This document shows positions 11,201 to 21,260 of a stretch of DNA of 64,000 nt, one piece after another. The stretch is taken from contig CAZSTX010000003.1 of NCBI GenBank assembly GCA_964610025.1, positions 11,080 through 75,079 on the forward strand, written 5' to 3'. The position numbers and the translations under genes are program-made. Within the stretch, counting starts at the first letter, position 1; each line of letters begins with the position of its first letter. Below the pieces are notes generated by a model. That model was not told where the DNA came from and did no database searches. It saw only the letters and a list, made by a program, of their open reading frames with translations. The stretch is from an uncultured Lentimicrobiaceae bacterium (GTDB lineage: Bacteria > Bacteroidota > Bacteroidia > Bacteroidales > WCHB1-69).

Positions 11201-14200
11201 GACCCTTTTTATGAAAACCCCACACATAGCGGCGGTAATTTATATTTTAATTTAGGCGATATATCAGAAGACATATTACGCGATGGAAGAAAAAGTTTCG
11301 AACACGGACTGCCACCTAACGGAAGCGATGAAAATGTTGACTACACAATATGGGGAAGAGTACCTAATACGCAATCTATCGTTTCTGCTTTCGACAATTC
11401 AGTAGCTTCACGAAAATACCAAGATGTTGGTTATGACGGATTATACGACTCATTAGAACGTATTCACTTTAACGATTATTTAACTACAGTAAAAGGTATT
11501 GTAACCCAAACGGTATATCAAGAAATAGAAAACGACCCCTCTGCCGACAATTACCATTTTTTTAGAGGTTCAGACTATGACAAAGACGATATTAAAATAT
11601 TAGACAGATACAAACATTTTAACAATACCGAAGGTAATTCACCAACCGACATTGATAATCACGAAAAATATCCTACACAATCGTCTTCTTATCCCAACAT
11701 GGAAGATATCAACAACGACAACACATTAAGCGAAGATGAAAGATATTATCAATATGTTGTTGAATTGCATCCCGACAAAATGCAAATTGGAGAAAACTAC
11801 ATTGTTGATATCATGGAAAATCAGAATGTACGTTTAGAAAATGGAAAAGTAGTACATGTAAAATGGTATCAATTTAAAATCCCCATTCGTGACCCTAACG
11901 AAGTAATAGGTAGTATTAGCGATTTTTCTTCTATTCGTTTTATGCGTATGTTTTTAAAAGGATTTAAAGAAGACGTTATTTGCCGCTTTGGGACTTTAGA
12001 ATTGGTGAGAGGCGATTGGAGACAATATACTAACGACCTTAGGCAAAGCGGAGATTATCCTGTAGGAATAACTGGCGACAACACTAATTTTACTGTCTCT
12101 ACTTTAAGCCTTGAAGAAAACTACCATCGCGAACCCATTCCCTATCGCATGCCTGGCGGTTTGCAAAGAGAAGAAATCTATTCGCCTACCAATACCATTA
12201 AAGAACTCAATGAGCAAAGTATTACCATGAAAGTAACCAACTTAATTGATGGAGATGCCCGCGCAATTTATAAAAATACCAATTTTGATTTCAGACGTTT
12301 CGAAGTCTTGCGTTTCTATCTACATGCCGAAAAGGTATTTTTAGAAGACCACCTTATACAAGGAGACGTTACTTTCTTTATTCGTTTAGGCTCCGATGCC
12401 TCCGAAAACTATTACGAATATGAAGTGCCTTTAAAAATAACAGATTGGTACACAAAAGACACTACCTTAATATGGCCTTCGGCTAACAACATAGAAATTG
12501 AATTGCAAAAACTCATAGAAGCTAAACAAGAAAGAAACATTGCCAATAGAAGCGGTGCCGGTTATCCTATCAATGAACCTTATTTGGCATACGATGCAAA
12601 AAATATCATCCGAGTTGTCGGAGCGCCTAATATAGGAGATGTCAATGTTATTGTGATGGGAATTAGAAATCCAAAAAAACGAAGCCTTGACGACAACGAC
12701 GACATGTTACCAAAATCAGTAGAAATATGGGTAAATGAATTAAGATTAGGCAATTTTGAAGAAAAAGGAGGTTGGGCAGCAAGAGGTAATTTAAAAGTAA
12801 ACCTTGCCGATTTAGGCGATGTATCTTTAGCAGGAAGCATCCGCACAGCAGGTTTTGGTGCTCTCGAATCTAATACATATACTCGTTTACAAAAAACAAT
12901 AACAACGATAGATGTTGCCACTAATTTGCAATTAGGAAAATTTTTACCAGAAAAATGGAGCGTTAGCATCCCATTTCATTACGATTATTCAAAAATTACC
13001 GGCACACCCGAATACAATCCCCTCAATCCAGACGTAAAATTAAAAGAAGATTTAAAAACCTATACATCACAACACGATATAGATTCTATTAAAAAACAAG
13101 CATTAGAAATTGTACAACGTCAAAATTTCAGTTTAATGAATGTAAGTAAAAACAGAACAGGAAGTGGAAAAAACTATATTTGGGGTCTTGAAAATTTTGA
13201 TTTTTCTTATGCTTATACCGAAAAAAACATACAAGATATCAATTACGAATACGACGACTTATCGACACATACGGGAGAAGTAGGATACGCATATAGCTGG
13301 AGTCCAAAAAACTATAAGCCTTTTAATAAATCTCAAAAATTAAAATCTATCAAATGGCTGCAATTGCTATACGATTTCAACTTTTATCTTTTACCTAAGT
13401 CATTTTCGTTCTCTACTGATATTTATCGCTATTATCAAGAAAGTAAATTACGCAATAAAAGTCGTGGAGTTATCATAACCGAACCCATGTATGTAAAAGC
13501 TTTCGAATGGTCAAGAAATTATGCAATCGCATGGGATATAACACAATCTCTCAAATTTGATTATGCAGCAAAAGCCGAATCGCTCATTGATGAGCCACAA
13601 GGCAGAATAGACACAAAAGTAAAAAAAGATTCAATATGGTATAATATAGGAAAATTTGGAAGAATCAATAATTATTCTCAAAACTTTAATGCAAGTTACC
13701 AAATCCCTATTAATAAAATACCTATATTTAGTTTTATAACAAGTAATATTCGCTATGCCTCTACTTATTTTTGGAGTTTAGCTCCTCCTGCTATTGATTA
13801 TCTTGGCAACGATATAGAAAATTCTAACACCAAACAATTCAATATAAATGCTGGATTTGCAGCTCTTTACAACAAATCAAAATATTTAAGAAAAGTCAAT
13901 CAAGGTACTTTTGGTAGCAGTTTATACGAAAAACCCATTTTAAAATCTAAACAAGAAAAATGGAACAAAGAACAACAAAAATTACGAACCGGCAAAAATA
14001 TACTTCAAAATGACTCAATCGCTAAAGATGAAAACGAAGAACCTAAAATAAGTAAAAATTACGGAAAAGAAGTTTTAGATAACTTTCTACGTTTAATAAT
14101 GTTAGTAAAAAACATTTCATTTGCTTATACCGAAGGAAATGGCATTTCGCTCCCTGGCTATATGCTCAATCCAAATATATTAGGTTTATCTACTAATGCT

Positions 14201-15457
14201 AATTTTGCTCCAGGTTTTCTATTTGTTTTTGGACATCAAGAAGATGATATTGTAGGAAAAGGTTCTCAAAACAATTGGCTCACTAATAGCGAATTACTCA
14301 ATACCCCTTATATGCAAAAACACAATAAAAACATACAAATGCAAGCAACCCTGCAACCTTTGAGTAATTTTAGGATACAACTCACAGCCACACGCAGCAA
14401 CTCCACAACCGATCAATTTTATTATCTTGCTGATAGCAACGGTATCTTCGACACATATACCCGCCAACAAATAGGAAATTTCAGTATAACAACAATTGGT
14501 ATTTCTACACTCTTTGAACCCAAAAAAGAAAAAAATACCAGTAAAAATTTTGAGACCTTCAAATTATACCGTTTAGCAGTAGCACAACGTTTAGCCGAAA
14601 ACAGAGCACTTAACCAAGCTGATTACACAAAAGGAAACGACGTATTTCCTGACGGTTATAGCAGTCTCAATCAAGATGTATTATTGTATTCATTTATTGC
14701 TGCTTATTTAGGTAAAACGCCCGAAAAAGTGAATATCACCTCTCCTTTTTTCACTATTCCGCTTCCCAATTGGAACGTTAATTATTCTGGATTATCAAAA
14801 ATTCCAACATTAAGCAAATACTTCCAAAATATCACCATTTCCCACGCCTATATGTGCACTTATCAAATAGGAGGCTATGCCACACATCTTTTATACAACC
14901 CCACAGATGGCGATTTACAAACCATACGCGACGCTTTAAATAATTTTATTCCAATAATAGAATATGGACAAGTAGCAATAATGGAAAATATGTCACCTGT
15001 TATTTCTCTAAATGTCAGTATGAAAAACAGCTTTGAGTTCAAAGCAGAATGGAGAAAATCGCGTAGTGTAACCATGAGCACTTCCAGTTTCCAAATATCA
15101 GAACAAACCAACAACGAATTTATAGTCGGAACTGGCTACCGATTTAAAGACATAAAAATCACTTATAACTTTTCAGGCTTAAAACGACAATCGATTAGTG
15201 ATTTAATACTCAAATTAGATTTTTCTATTCGCGACAATAAAACAATTTTGCGTAAAATAGAAGAAGGTGTAAACCAACCGTCAGCAGGTCAGATAATTTA
15301 TTCTGTCAACTTCCTTGCCGAGTATATGCTAACAAAAAATGTATCGCTCAAAGCTTATTATGATCATGTATTTAATAAACCTGTACTATCTGGAAGTATT
15401 TCTAGTTTGACGATTAATGCAGGTATTGGAATTAAAATTAATTTCACACAACTCTAA
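8201..15457 (+). CDS. sprA: T9SS translocon / gliding motility cell-surface protein SprA
   Basis: 2418-aa single ORF with an N-terminal signal and beta-rich composition ending in an aromatic residue-rich C-terminus. The size and sequence character are those of Bacteroidetes SprA (Sov). Confidence 0.85.
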   Translation: MKIIKKSYYIFYILLYIGVIYFITPISQANKIPITSHPFITIFADDSGKKVIPQPATNPFQQAPSSPFYLKNPKNFSTKIDYDPINKNYNFQQKIGETNFGNPGSMSLDEYLDYDIQKAMREYWRQRSGIGINSESQKGIIPQIRVPSEAFEHIFGSNLIAIKPSGSVELKFGLIHTRNDNTSLAIDARRQTRFDFDQNIQINLKASIGDKIHYNMSYSTETSFNFENKFKLGYEGKEDEIIKLLEFGDVNLPLNSTLIEGSQTLFGVKTQMQFGKTTLTTVISQQKGDKTNIVVENGAEMTEFEFKADDYEENRHFFLAQYFYDTYGEAMATIPLINSKVTITKIEVWRTNIGSAVQENRNIVALADLGEITPYNPNVKRNPAYRHNYPDSNANDLMQSMDYSKLRNINTVSTYLESKGMVAGLDYEKIESARLLSPSEYTFNSKLGFISLTSKLNADQVLAVAFQYTIIGDPNVYQVGQFSNEVQTPGCVIVKLLKSTAVNTKIPMWKLMMKNVYSLNAYQVSSEEFRLNILYKGEEGGIGLGYFSDVSEELKGVSLIRIMGLDRLNYQQAAIPDGVFDFIDGAATTGGTVQAEYGRIYFPTVEPFGKDLREALKNSPGAGNKYAFDSLYTTTKTLAQQYSEKNKYYLEGRYKSTYGNDISLGVWNIAQGSVTVTAGGVTLVEGVDFSVDYNAGTLRILNQNYLSSGTPINISVESTNIMGTTKTMFGMHVDYALNKDIIIGATFLNLRERTETFKVNFGEEPINNSIWGLNFAMQKDVRLITKLLNYLPIYKTKQESSIQFDGEFAHFIPGHARSIGRGDKAQLYIDDFEATKTTINLTTPGFWFLASTPQHQTKKGMFPEAALGSGLQYGFNRAKIAWYIIDPLFHNNSMSTPSNITADDKSEIYARRILIKEVFPYKSVDATSQDPYLSVLNLAFYPSERGPYNYDALGIAGISAGLNNDGSLKNPESRWGGIMRKLESTDFETSNIEYIEFWMMDPFYENPTHSGGNLYFNLGDISEDILRDGRKSFEHGLPPNGSDENVDYTIWGRVPNTQSIVSAFDNSVASRKYQDVGYDGLYDSLERIHFNDYLTTVKGIVTQTVYQEIENDPSADNYHFFRGSDYDKDDIKILDRYKHFNNTEGNSPTDIDNHEKYPTQSSSYPNMEDINNDNTLSEDERYYQYVVELHPDKMQIGENYIVDIMENQNVRLENGKVVHVKWYQFKIPIRDPNEVIGSISDFSSIRFMRMFLKGFKEDVICRFGTLELVRGDWRQYTNDLRQSGDYPVGITGDNTNFTVSTLSLEENYHREPIPYRMPGGLQREEIYSPTNTIKELNEQSITMKVTNLIDGDARAIYKNTNFDFRRFEVLRFYLHAEKVFLEDHLIQGDVTFFIRLGSDASENYYEYEVPLKITDWYTKDTTLIWPSANNIEIELQKLIEAKQERNIANRSGAGYPINEPYLAYDAKNIIRVVGAPNIGDVNVIVMGIRNPKKRSLDDNDDMLPKSVEIWVNELRLGNFEEKGGWAARGNLKVNLADLGDVSLAGSIRTAGFGALESNTYTRLQKTITTIDVATNLQLGKFLPEKWSVSIPFHYDYSKITGTPEYNPLNPDVKLKEDLKTYTSQHDIDSIKKQALEIVQRQNFSLMNVSKNRTGSGKNYIWGLENFDFSYAYTEKNIQDINYEYDDLSTHTGEVGYAYSWSPKNYKPFNKSQKLKSIKWLQLLYDFNFYLLPKSFSFSTDIYRYYQESKLRNKSRGVIITEPMYVKAFEWSRNYAIAWDITQSLKFDYAAKAESLIDEPQGRIDTKVKKDSIWYNIGKFGRINNYSQNFNASYQIPINKIPIFSFITSNIRYASTYFWSLAPPAIDYLGNDIENSNTKQFNINAGFAALYNKSKYLRKVNQGTFGSSLYEKPILKSKQEKWNKEQQKLRTGKNILQNDSIAKDENEEPKISKNYGKEVLDNFLRLIMLVKNISFAYTEGNGISLPGYMLNPNILGLSTNANFAPGFLFVFGHQEDDIVGKGSQNNWLTNSELLNTPYMQKHNKNIQMQATLQPLSNFRIQLTATRSNSTTDQFYYLADSNGIFDTYTRQQIGNFSITTIGISTLFEPKKEKNTSKNFETFKLYRLAVAQRLAENRALNQADYTKGNDVFPDGYSSLNQDVLLYSFIAAYLGKTPEKVNITSPFFTIPLPNWNVNYSGLSKIPTLSKYFQNITISHAYMCTYQIGGYATHLLYNPTDGDLQTIRDALNNFIPIIEYGQVAIMENMSPVISLNVSMKNSFEFKAEWRKSRSVTMSTSSFQISEQTNNEFIVGTGYRFKDIKITYNFSGLKRQSISDLILKLDFSIRDNKTILRKIEEGVNQPSAGQIIYSVNFLAEYMLTKNVSLKAYYDHVFNKPVLSGSISSLTINAGIGIKINFTQL

Positions 15458-15509
15458 TTAAATATCGAAAAAAATAAAAAAAAAGCCATTTTTATAACAA
15501 AAAATTTTA

Positions 15510-15517
15510 TACTTTTG
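15510..15517 (+). promoter_or_regulatory. Bacteroidetes -7 promoter box (TACTTTTG) upstream of rpmH
   Basis: Matches the TAnnTTTG consensus, 73 nt before the rpmH ATG. Confidence 0.4.
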
Positions 15518-15590
15518 CAGCCATTGTAAAAACAGTTTTTTCTGTTAAAACACAACTAATAATTAAAGGCATATATAATACAATATAAAA

Positions 15591-15755
15591 ATGAAGAGAA
15601 CATTTCAACCTTCAAATAGAAAAAGAAGTAATAAACACGGTTTTAGAGAAAGAATGTCAACAGCTAACGGACGTCGTGTAATAGCCGCTCGCAGAGCAAA
15701 AGGAAGAAAAAGACTGACAGTATCAGACGAAAAATTAGGTGGAAAAAAATTCTAA
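15591..15755 (+). CDS. rpmH: 50S ribosomal protein L34
   Basis: Absent from the ORF track (<60 aa). Own translation: [54 protein letters not shown]. This is the canonical L34 motif MKRT(F/Y)QPS..KR...HGFR.RM.T..GR.V...RR.KGRK.L with a roughly 9-aa tail. Confidence 0.95.
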   Translation: MKRTFQPSNRKRSNKHGFRERMSTANGRRVIAARRAKGRKRLTVSDEKLGGKKF

Positions 15756-15777
15756 TTTTAAAATTATGATAACATTA

Positions 15778-15815
15778 CAAAGGAGAAAGTAAATGAAACA
15801 TTACTTTCTCCTTTG
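15778..15815 (+). terminator. strong hairpin after rpmH (about 15-bp stem, 8-nt loop), no clear U-tract
   Basis: AGGAGAAAGTAA (15781-15792) pairs perfectly with TTACTTTCTCCT (15801-15812), and the flanking CAA/TTG extend the stem. Confidence 0.55.
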
Positions 15816-15859
15816 CAGTATACTACTACAGTAGACCTATCTTAACATCTTGCTAACTC

Positions 15860-18265
15860 ATGATTTACCCTTCTAACTTTGAAAAAAAAATAGATTTTCA
15901 CCAAATACGAAATTTTATAGTAGAAAATTGCATTAGCACTTTGGGAGAAAGCAAAGCAAACGAAATTAAAATACAAACAGATAGCAAAAAAATCATTCAT
16001 CTTCAAGAAACTACCGAAGAATTTCGACAAATATTACTTTTCGAATCTACTTTCCCAACACAAGACTATATCGATATACGCCATGCCTTATCGCACCTAC
16101 AAATTGAAGGAACAACTATAGATATAATTACACTTGGAGAACTACGAGCTGTATTGAAAACAATACAAGACTGTTTGGTTTTTTTTAGAGTAAAAAAAGA
16201 AGAAGAAAAATATCCATTTCTACAACAACTCAACGAAAATATAATAGTAGATAATACGCTAATTCAAAGCATCAATACTATAATAAACGACAAAGGAGAT
16301 ATAAAAAACAACGCTTCGGCTGAATTGCAAAGCATCCGTCAAAAAATACATAGTAAAGAAGTAGAAATACAAAAACAATTACATAAAATTATACTGCAAG
16401 CGAAAAAAGAAGAAATAATAGAAGCAAACACTAATTTCACTGTCCGCGAAGGACGATTAGTCATTCCTGTTCCTGCAACACACAAACGCCGTATAAAAGG
16501 CTTTATCCACAGCGAATCGGCAACAGGACAAACTTTTTTTATTGAACCACAAGAAGTATTTGATGCAAATAATTACCTTCTTGATTTACTTTCTATGGAA
16601 AAAAAAGAAATTCAACGTATTTTAAAAACTTTTACAGACATATTGCGCCCTTCTATCCCTCCTATTAAAGAATCTTTAGAGTATTTAGGAGAATTAGATT
16701 TTATAAGAGCTAAAGCCAAATTTGCTTTAAACATAGAAGCAGTAAAACCAATCATTACCGACAAAGCTATCGTTAATTGGCAAAAAGCAAGACATCCGAT
16801 ATTGTATTTAAACTTACAAAACCAACAAAAAAAAATTGTTCCCCTTGATATAACTATTGACAATGAAAATCGTATATTGATTATATCAGGTCCCAACGCA
16901 GGAGGCAAATCGGTATGTTTAAAAACCGTTGGCTTACTGCAATATATGTTTCAGTGCGGATTGTTAGTGCCAGTATCGCCGCTTTCAGAATTTGGAATAT
17001 TTCAACACTTTTTTATTGATATAGGAGACGAACAATCGATTGAAAATGATTTAAGCACTTATAGTTCCCATCTAAAAAACATGGACACCATTTTAACCCA
17101 TGCCGATAGCAATAGTCTTTTCTTAATCGATGAATTGGGAAGTGGTACCGATCCACAATATGGCGGAGCTATTGCCGAAGCATTTCTTGAAAATCTATTA
17201 CAAAAGAAAACATTCGGTGTTATTACTACTCATTTTAGCAACTTAAAATCGATGGCTAGCACTTCAAAAGGATTGCAAAATGCAGCTATGCTCTTTGACG
17301 AAACGACAATGAGTCCATTATTTATCCTTAAATCAGGAAAATGGGGAAGTTCTTTTACGTTTGAAATTGCAAAAAAAATAGGCTTTTCAACAGCTATACT
17401 GGACAGTGCTATTAAAAAAATTGGTACTAATCAAATAAATTATGAATTTTTGTTGCATCAACTTGAACATGAAAAAGTAACAATCGACAATCAAAAACGC
17501 ATGATAGATGCTGTAGATAATCAATTAAAAGAACTCATTGAAAAATATGAAACGTTAAACGACACCCTACAAGAAGAAAAAAATAAAATACTAAAAAATG
17601 CTAAAATTGAAGCAAAAAATATCATCGACAATGCCAATAAAATTATCGAAAAAACTATAAAAGAAATCAAAGAAAAAAAAGCTGATAAAGAAATAGTTAA
17701 AAAATTAAAAACCGAAATAAAAAAAGTAGAAGAAAGCATCAAACTCCCCCCTCTTCCAATAATAAAAAGAGAAAGAGAGAAAAAAAACAACGCAAAAATA
17801 AAACTATTTGATTATGTCATAATTAAAGACACTAATACAATAGGGCAAATCACTGCTATCAATAACGACACTATTGTTGTAACATTTAATTCTATCAATT
17901 TCAAAACAACGATAGACAAAGTCGAAAAAACCAACAACATACCTCAATCTATAACTAAAACCAATCCAACTATCAATAGTCAAAATATTTATGACGAAAT
18001 CCATGCTAAATCTATCAATTTTAAAGCTGAATTAGACATTCGTGGACTAAGAGTTGAAGAAGCTAACGAAAAATTAGTACGTTATATAGATAATGCTATT
18101 TTATTACACATAGGCGAAGTGAGCATCATACATGGCAAAGGAAATGGTATCTTACGCAATATAACACGCCATTTTCTTTCTAAAAACAATTATGTTACAG
18201 ATTATTATGACGACAACCCCTTGCTTGGAGGAACAGGAAAAACAATTGTTAAACTCAAACATTAA
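15860..18265 (+). CDS. mutS2: endonuclease MutS2 (MutS domain V ATPase + C-terminal Smr)
   Basis: 801 aa with Walker A GPNAGGKS, the DELGSGTDP motif, a K/E-rich coiled-coil linker and a Smr domain (LDIRGLRVEEA...IIHGKGNGILR). Confidence 0.93.
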   Translation: MIYPSNFEKKIDFHQIRNFIVENCISTLGESKANEIKIQTDSKKIIHLQETTEEFRQILLFESTFPTQDYIDIRHALSHLQIEGTTIDIITLGELRAVLKTIQDCLVFFRVKKEEEKYPFLQQLNENIIVDNTLIQSINTIINDKGDIKNNASAELQSIRQKIHSKEVEIQKQLHKIILQAKKEEIIEANTNFTVREGRLVIPVPATHKRRIKGFIHSESATGQTFFIEPQEVFDANNYLLDLLSMEKKEIQRILKTFTDILRPSIPPIKESLEYLGELDFIRAKAKFALNIEAVKPIITDKAIVNWQKARHPILYLNLQNQQKKIVPLDITIDNENRILIISGPNAGGKSVCLKTVGLLQYMFQCGLLVPVSPLSEFGIFQHFFIDIGDEQSIENDLSTYSSHLKNMDTILTHADSNSLFLIDELGSGTDPQYGGAIAEAFLENLLQKKTFGVITTHFSNLKSMASTSKGLQNAAMLFDETTMSPLFILKSGKWGSSFTFEIAKKIGFSTAILDSAIKKIGTNQINYEFLLHQLEHEKVTIDNQKRMIDAVDNQLKELIEKYETLNDTLQEEKNKILKNAKIEAKNIIDNANKIIEKTIKEIKEKKADKEIVKKLKTEIKKVEESIKLPPLPIIKREREKKNNAKIKLFDYVIIKDTNTIGQITAINNDTIVVTFNSINFKTTIDKVEKTNNIPQSITKTNPTINSQNIYDEIHAKSINFKAELDIRGLRVEEANEKLVRYIDNAILLHIGEVSIIHGKGNGILRNITRHFLSKNNYVTDYYDDNPLLGGTGKTIVKLKH

Positions 18266-18327
18266 ACATTATTAATAATTATTTTTTATTTCTTAAAAAA
18301 AATAGCATTTTATATTAAAAAAAAAGA

Positions 18328-18335
18328 TAATTTTG
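18328..18335 (+). promoter_or_regulatory. -7 promoter box TAATTTTG upstream of rplM-rpsI(-rpsB-tsf)
   Basis: TAnnTTTG match 94 nt upstream of the rplM ATG. The leader contains a 9-bp hairpin, ACAAACAAA...TTTGTTTGT. Confidence 0.45.
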
Positions 18336-18428
18336 CAAGCTCGATAAATATCCGATATTATCCACAAACAAAAAAGGTGAAATATTTGTTTGTAAATAAA
18401 TTAAAAGAAAAAATTAGATAAATTAAAA

Positions 18429-18884
18429 ATGGATACATTAAGTTACAAAACTGTTTCGGCTAACAAAGCAACAGTTGAAAAAGAATGGCTATTAGTTGAC
18501 GCAGAAGGCGAAATAGTAGGACGCCTAGCATCGGTTGTAGCAAAACTTTTAAGAGGAAAACATAAAACTAATTTTACTCCTCATGTTGACTGTGGCGATA
18601 ACATCGTCATTATCAATGCTGATAAAGTACGTTTAACCGGCAATAAATTAACCGATAAAATCTATATCAGGCACACTGGCTATCCTGGCGGACAACGATT
18701 TACTACTCCAAAAGAATTATTGCAAAAAAATTCTATTAAAGTAATAGAATCTGCTGTAAAAGGAATGCTTCCTAAAAATAAATTAGGCAGTCAATTATAC
18801 AGAAATCTATATGTTTATGCTGGTAGCGAACACAAACAAGCTGCACAAAAACCTAAATTAATCAACATTAAAGATATTAAATAA
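18429..18884 (+). CDS. rplM: 50S ribosomal protein L13
   Basis: 151 aa, W.LVDA.G..VGRLAS.VA..LRGKHK..FTPH.D.GD. Confidence 0.97.
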   Translation: MDTLSYKTVSANKATVEKEWLLVDAEGEIVGRLASVVAKLLRGKHKTNFTPHVDCGDNIVIINADKVRLTGNKLTDKIYIRHTGYPGGQRFTTPKELLQKNSIKVIESAVKGMLPKNKLGSQLYRNLYVYAGSEHKQAAQKPKLINIKDIK

Positions 18885-18889
18885 TAATT

Positions 18890-19276
18890 ATGGATACTAT
18901 CAATACCTCTGGCAGAAGAAAAACAGCTGTAGCGCGTATATACATGCAAGCTGGTAATGGTAACATTACCATAAACGGAAAAGATTACAAAGAATATTTC
19001 CCAACCGATACGCTTCAGTTTATTGTAAACCAACCATTTTCTATCTCAAAAGAAGACAACAAATACGATATAAAAGCACGTTTAAATGGTGGTGGAATAA
19101 CCGGACAAGCAGAAGCATTACGATTAGCAATATCTAAAGCTCTATGCGAAATTAATAGCGAACACAGACACGCATTAAAAGCAGAAGGCTTATTACGAAG
19201 AGATCCACGCATGGTAGAAAGAAAGAAACCAGGCAGACCAGGAGCTCGCAAAAGATTTCAATTTAGTAAACGTTAG
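18890..19276 (+). CDS. rpsI: 30S ribosomal protein S9
   Basis: 128 aa with GRRKTAVARI and the C-terminus RDPR.VERKK.G...ARK..QFSKR. Confidence 0.97.
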   Translation: MDTINTSGRRKTAVARIYMQAGNGNITINGKDYKEYFPTDTLQFIVNQPFSISKEDNKYDIKARLNGGGITGQAEALRLAISKALCEINSEHRHALKAEGLLRRDPRMVERKKPGRPGARKRFQFSKR

Positions 19277-19396
19277 CATTAGCATACAAGGCATCAATAA
19301 ATGTTTAGTATCTAAATTGCAAAGACTTTTTTTTAATTTAAAACTACTTTGCAGTTGCTTAATAAAATAAAGAATGTAAACATAAAAAAATTAAAA

Positions 19397-20272
19397 ATGG
19401 CAAAAATAACTTTTGAAGAATTATTAGAATCAGGTGCCCACTTTGGACACCTCACAAGAAAATGGAACCCTAATATGGCACCCTATATTTTTATGGAAAA
19501 AAATGGGATACATATCATCGACCTTCATAAAACAGTAACTAAAATAGAAGAAGCAAATAAAGTTTTAAAACACTTAGCCCGAACAGGAAAAAAAATTCTA
19601 TTTGTCTCAACTAAAAAACAAGCCAAAGAAATCCTTTCCGAACACGTAAAAGCAATCAATATGCCATACGTAACAGAACGTTGGGCAGGTGGAATGCTAA
19701 CAAATTTTAATACTATTCGTAAAGCAGTAAAAAAAATGTCGACCATTGACAATCTTATGAAAAGCCCCGAATGGAATAGTATTTCAAAACGTGAAAGACT
19801 TCAAATTCAAAGAGAAAGAACTAAATTAGAAAATAATTTAGGTTCTATTTCTGATTTAACAAGACTGCCAGCAGCTGTTTTTGTTGTTGATATAATGAAA
19901 GAACATATAGCAGTAGCTGAAGCGCGTAAATTAGATATTCCTATCTTCGCTATTGTAGACACTAATTCAAATCCTAATTTGGTAGACTACCCTATTCCGG
20001 CAAATGACGACGCATCAAAATCAATAAATATTATTATCAAATCTGTTTGCAATGCAGTTCAAGAAGGATTGAACGAAAAACTATTAGATAATAACAAAGA
20101 AGAAGAAGAAATTGACGATGAAATAATAGAAGAAGATAGCAAAAGCTTCAAAGAAGATGAAGAAAAAGTAGAAAAAACAGGAAGAAGAAAAAGAATAGGC
20201 GAAACAATCGGAGACAACCATCAAGAAGAAAAGAAAAGACGCCCAAGTAAGCGACCTGTTCCAAAAAAATAA
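19397..20272 (+). CDS. rpsB: 30S ribosomal protein S2 with an acidic/basic C-terminal extension
   Basis: Start set at MAKITFEELLESGAHFGH (ATG 19397). The conserved S2 core runs to about aa 235 and is followed by a roughly 55-aa E/D/K-rich tail. Confidence 0.95.
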   Translation: MAKITFEELLESGAHFGHLTRKWNPNMAPYIFMEKNGIHIIDLHKTVTKIEEANKVLKHLARTGKKILFVSTKKQAKEILSEHVKAINMPYVTERWAGGMLTNFNTIRKAVKKMSTIDNLMKSPEWNSISKRERLQIQRERTKLENNLGSISDLTRLPAAVFVVDIMKEHIAVAEARKLDIPIFAIVDTNSNPNLVDYPIPANDDASKSINIIIKSVCNAVQEGLNEKLLDNNKEEEEIDDEIIEEDSKSFKEDEEKVEKTGRRKRIGETIGDNHQEEKKRRPSKRPVPKK

Positions 20273-20299
20273 TGTATAAAATTAAATAATAGTATAAAA

Positions 20300-21130
20300 A
20301 TGGCAATTAAAGCAGCAGATGTTAATAAATTAAGACAAGCTACAGGTTCAGGAATAATGGATTGTAAAAATGCACTCGTTGAAGCTGATGGCGATTTTGA
20401 AAAAGCAATTGATATTTTAAGAAAAAAAGGACAAAAAGTAGCCGCTAAAAGAGCAGATTATTCTGCTAATGAAGGATTTGTTGTCGCAAAAACTTCTCAA
20501 GATAATACCTACGGAGCAGTATTAATACTCAATTGCGAAACCGATTTTGTGGCAAAGACAAACGATTTTACCAATTTAGCCAACGAAATTATTGATTTAG
20601 CAGTAGAGAAACGCATAAAAAATATAGACGAGCTAAAACAAAGTATTTTAAATGGAAAAACAATAGACGAACTGCTTATCGAAATAACAGGTAAAACAGG
20701 AGAAAAAATTGAATTAAATCAATTTGCAATCATCGAACAAGCATTTGTAACCTTCTACAATCATAATGGCAATAAATTAGCTGCTATTGTAGGCTTTAAT
20801 AAAAAATCTAACAATATTGAAGTAGTTGGACATGATATTGCAATGCAAATTGCTGCAATGAACCCTATTAGCATAAGCGAAAATAATGTACCACAAGATA
20901 TTATAGACCGCGAATTAGATATTGCACGCGAACAAATACGCAATGAAGGAAAACCCGAAAATATGGTAGATAAAATAGCACAAGGAAAATTAAATAAATT
21001 TTTCAAAGAAAATACTCTTGTGCATCAAGATTTTATTAAAGATAACAAAAAAACAGTTGCTCAATATATGAGCGAAACAGATAAAGACTTACATTGCGAA
21101 AGTTTTTATCGTTTTCAATTAGGAGCATAA
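20300..21130 (+). CDS. tsf: translation elongation factor Ts
   Basis: 276 aa with an N-terminal UBA-like LRQATGSGIMDCKNAL and NCETDFVAK. Confidence 0.96.
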   Translation: MAIKAADVNKLRQATGSGIMDCKNALVEADGDFEKAIDILRKKGQKVAAKRADYSANEGFVVAKTSQDNTYGAVLILNCETDFVAKTNDFTNLANEIIDLAVEKRIKNIDELKQSILNGKTIDELLIEITGKTGEKIELNQFAIIEQAFVTFYNHNGNKLAAIVGFNKKSNNIEVVGHDIAMQIAAMNPISISENNVPQDIIDRELDIAREQIRNEGKPENMVDKIAQGKLNKFFKENTLVHQDFIKDNKKTVAQYMSETDKDLHCESFYRFQLGA

Positions 21131-21150
21131 TAAATAATTTTTGATTATAC

Positions 21151-21187
21151 AAAAGCACTTTTTTTATCAAAGAGTGCTTTTTTTTTG
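21151..21187 (+). terminator. Rho-independent terminator after tsf
   Basis: AAAAGCACT (21151-21159) pairs with AGTGCTTTT (21173-21181) and is followed by a T-run. Confidence 0.7.
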
Positions 21188-21260
21188 ACTTAATTTATCC
21201 TATATCTAATCTTCACTTACGTCAAACTCTCCTAAGAAGAATGTCGAAGGGAAAAGTGTC

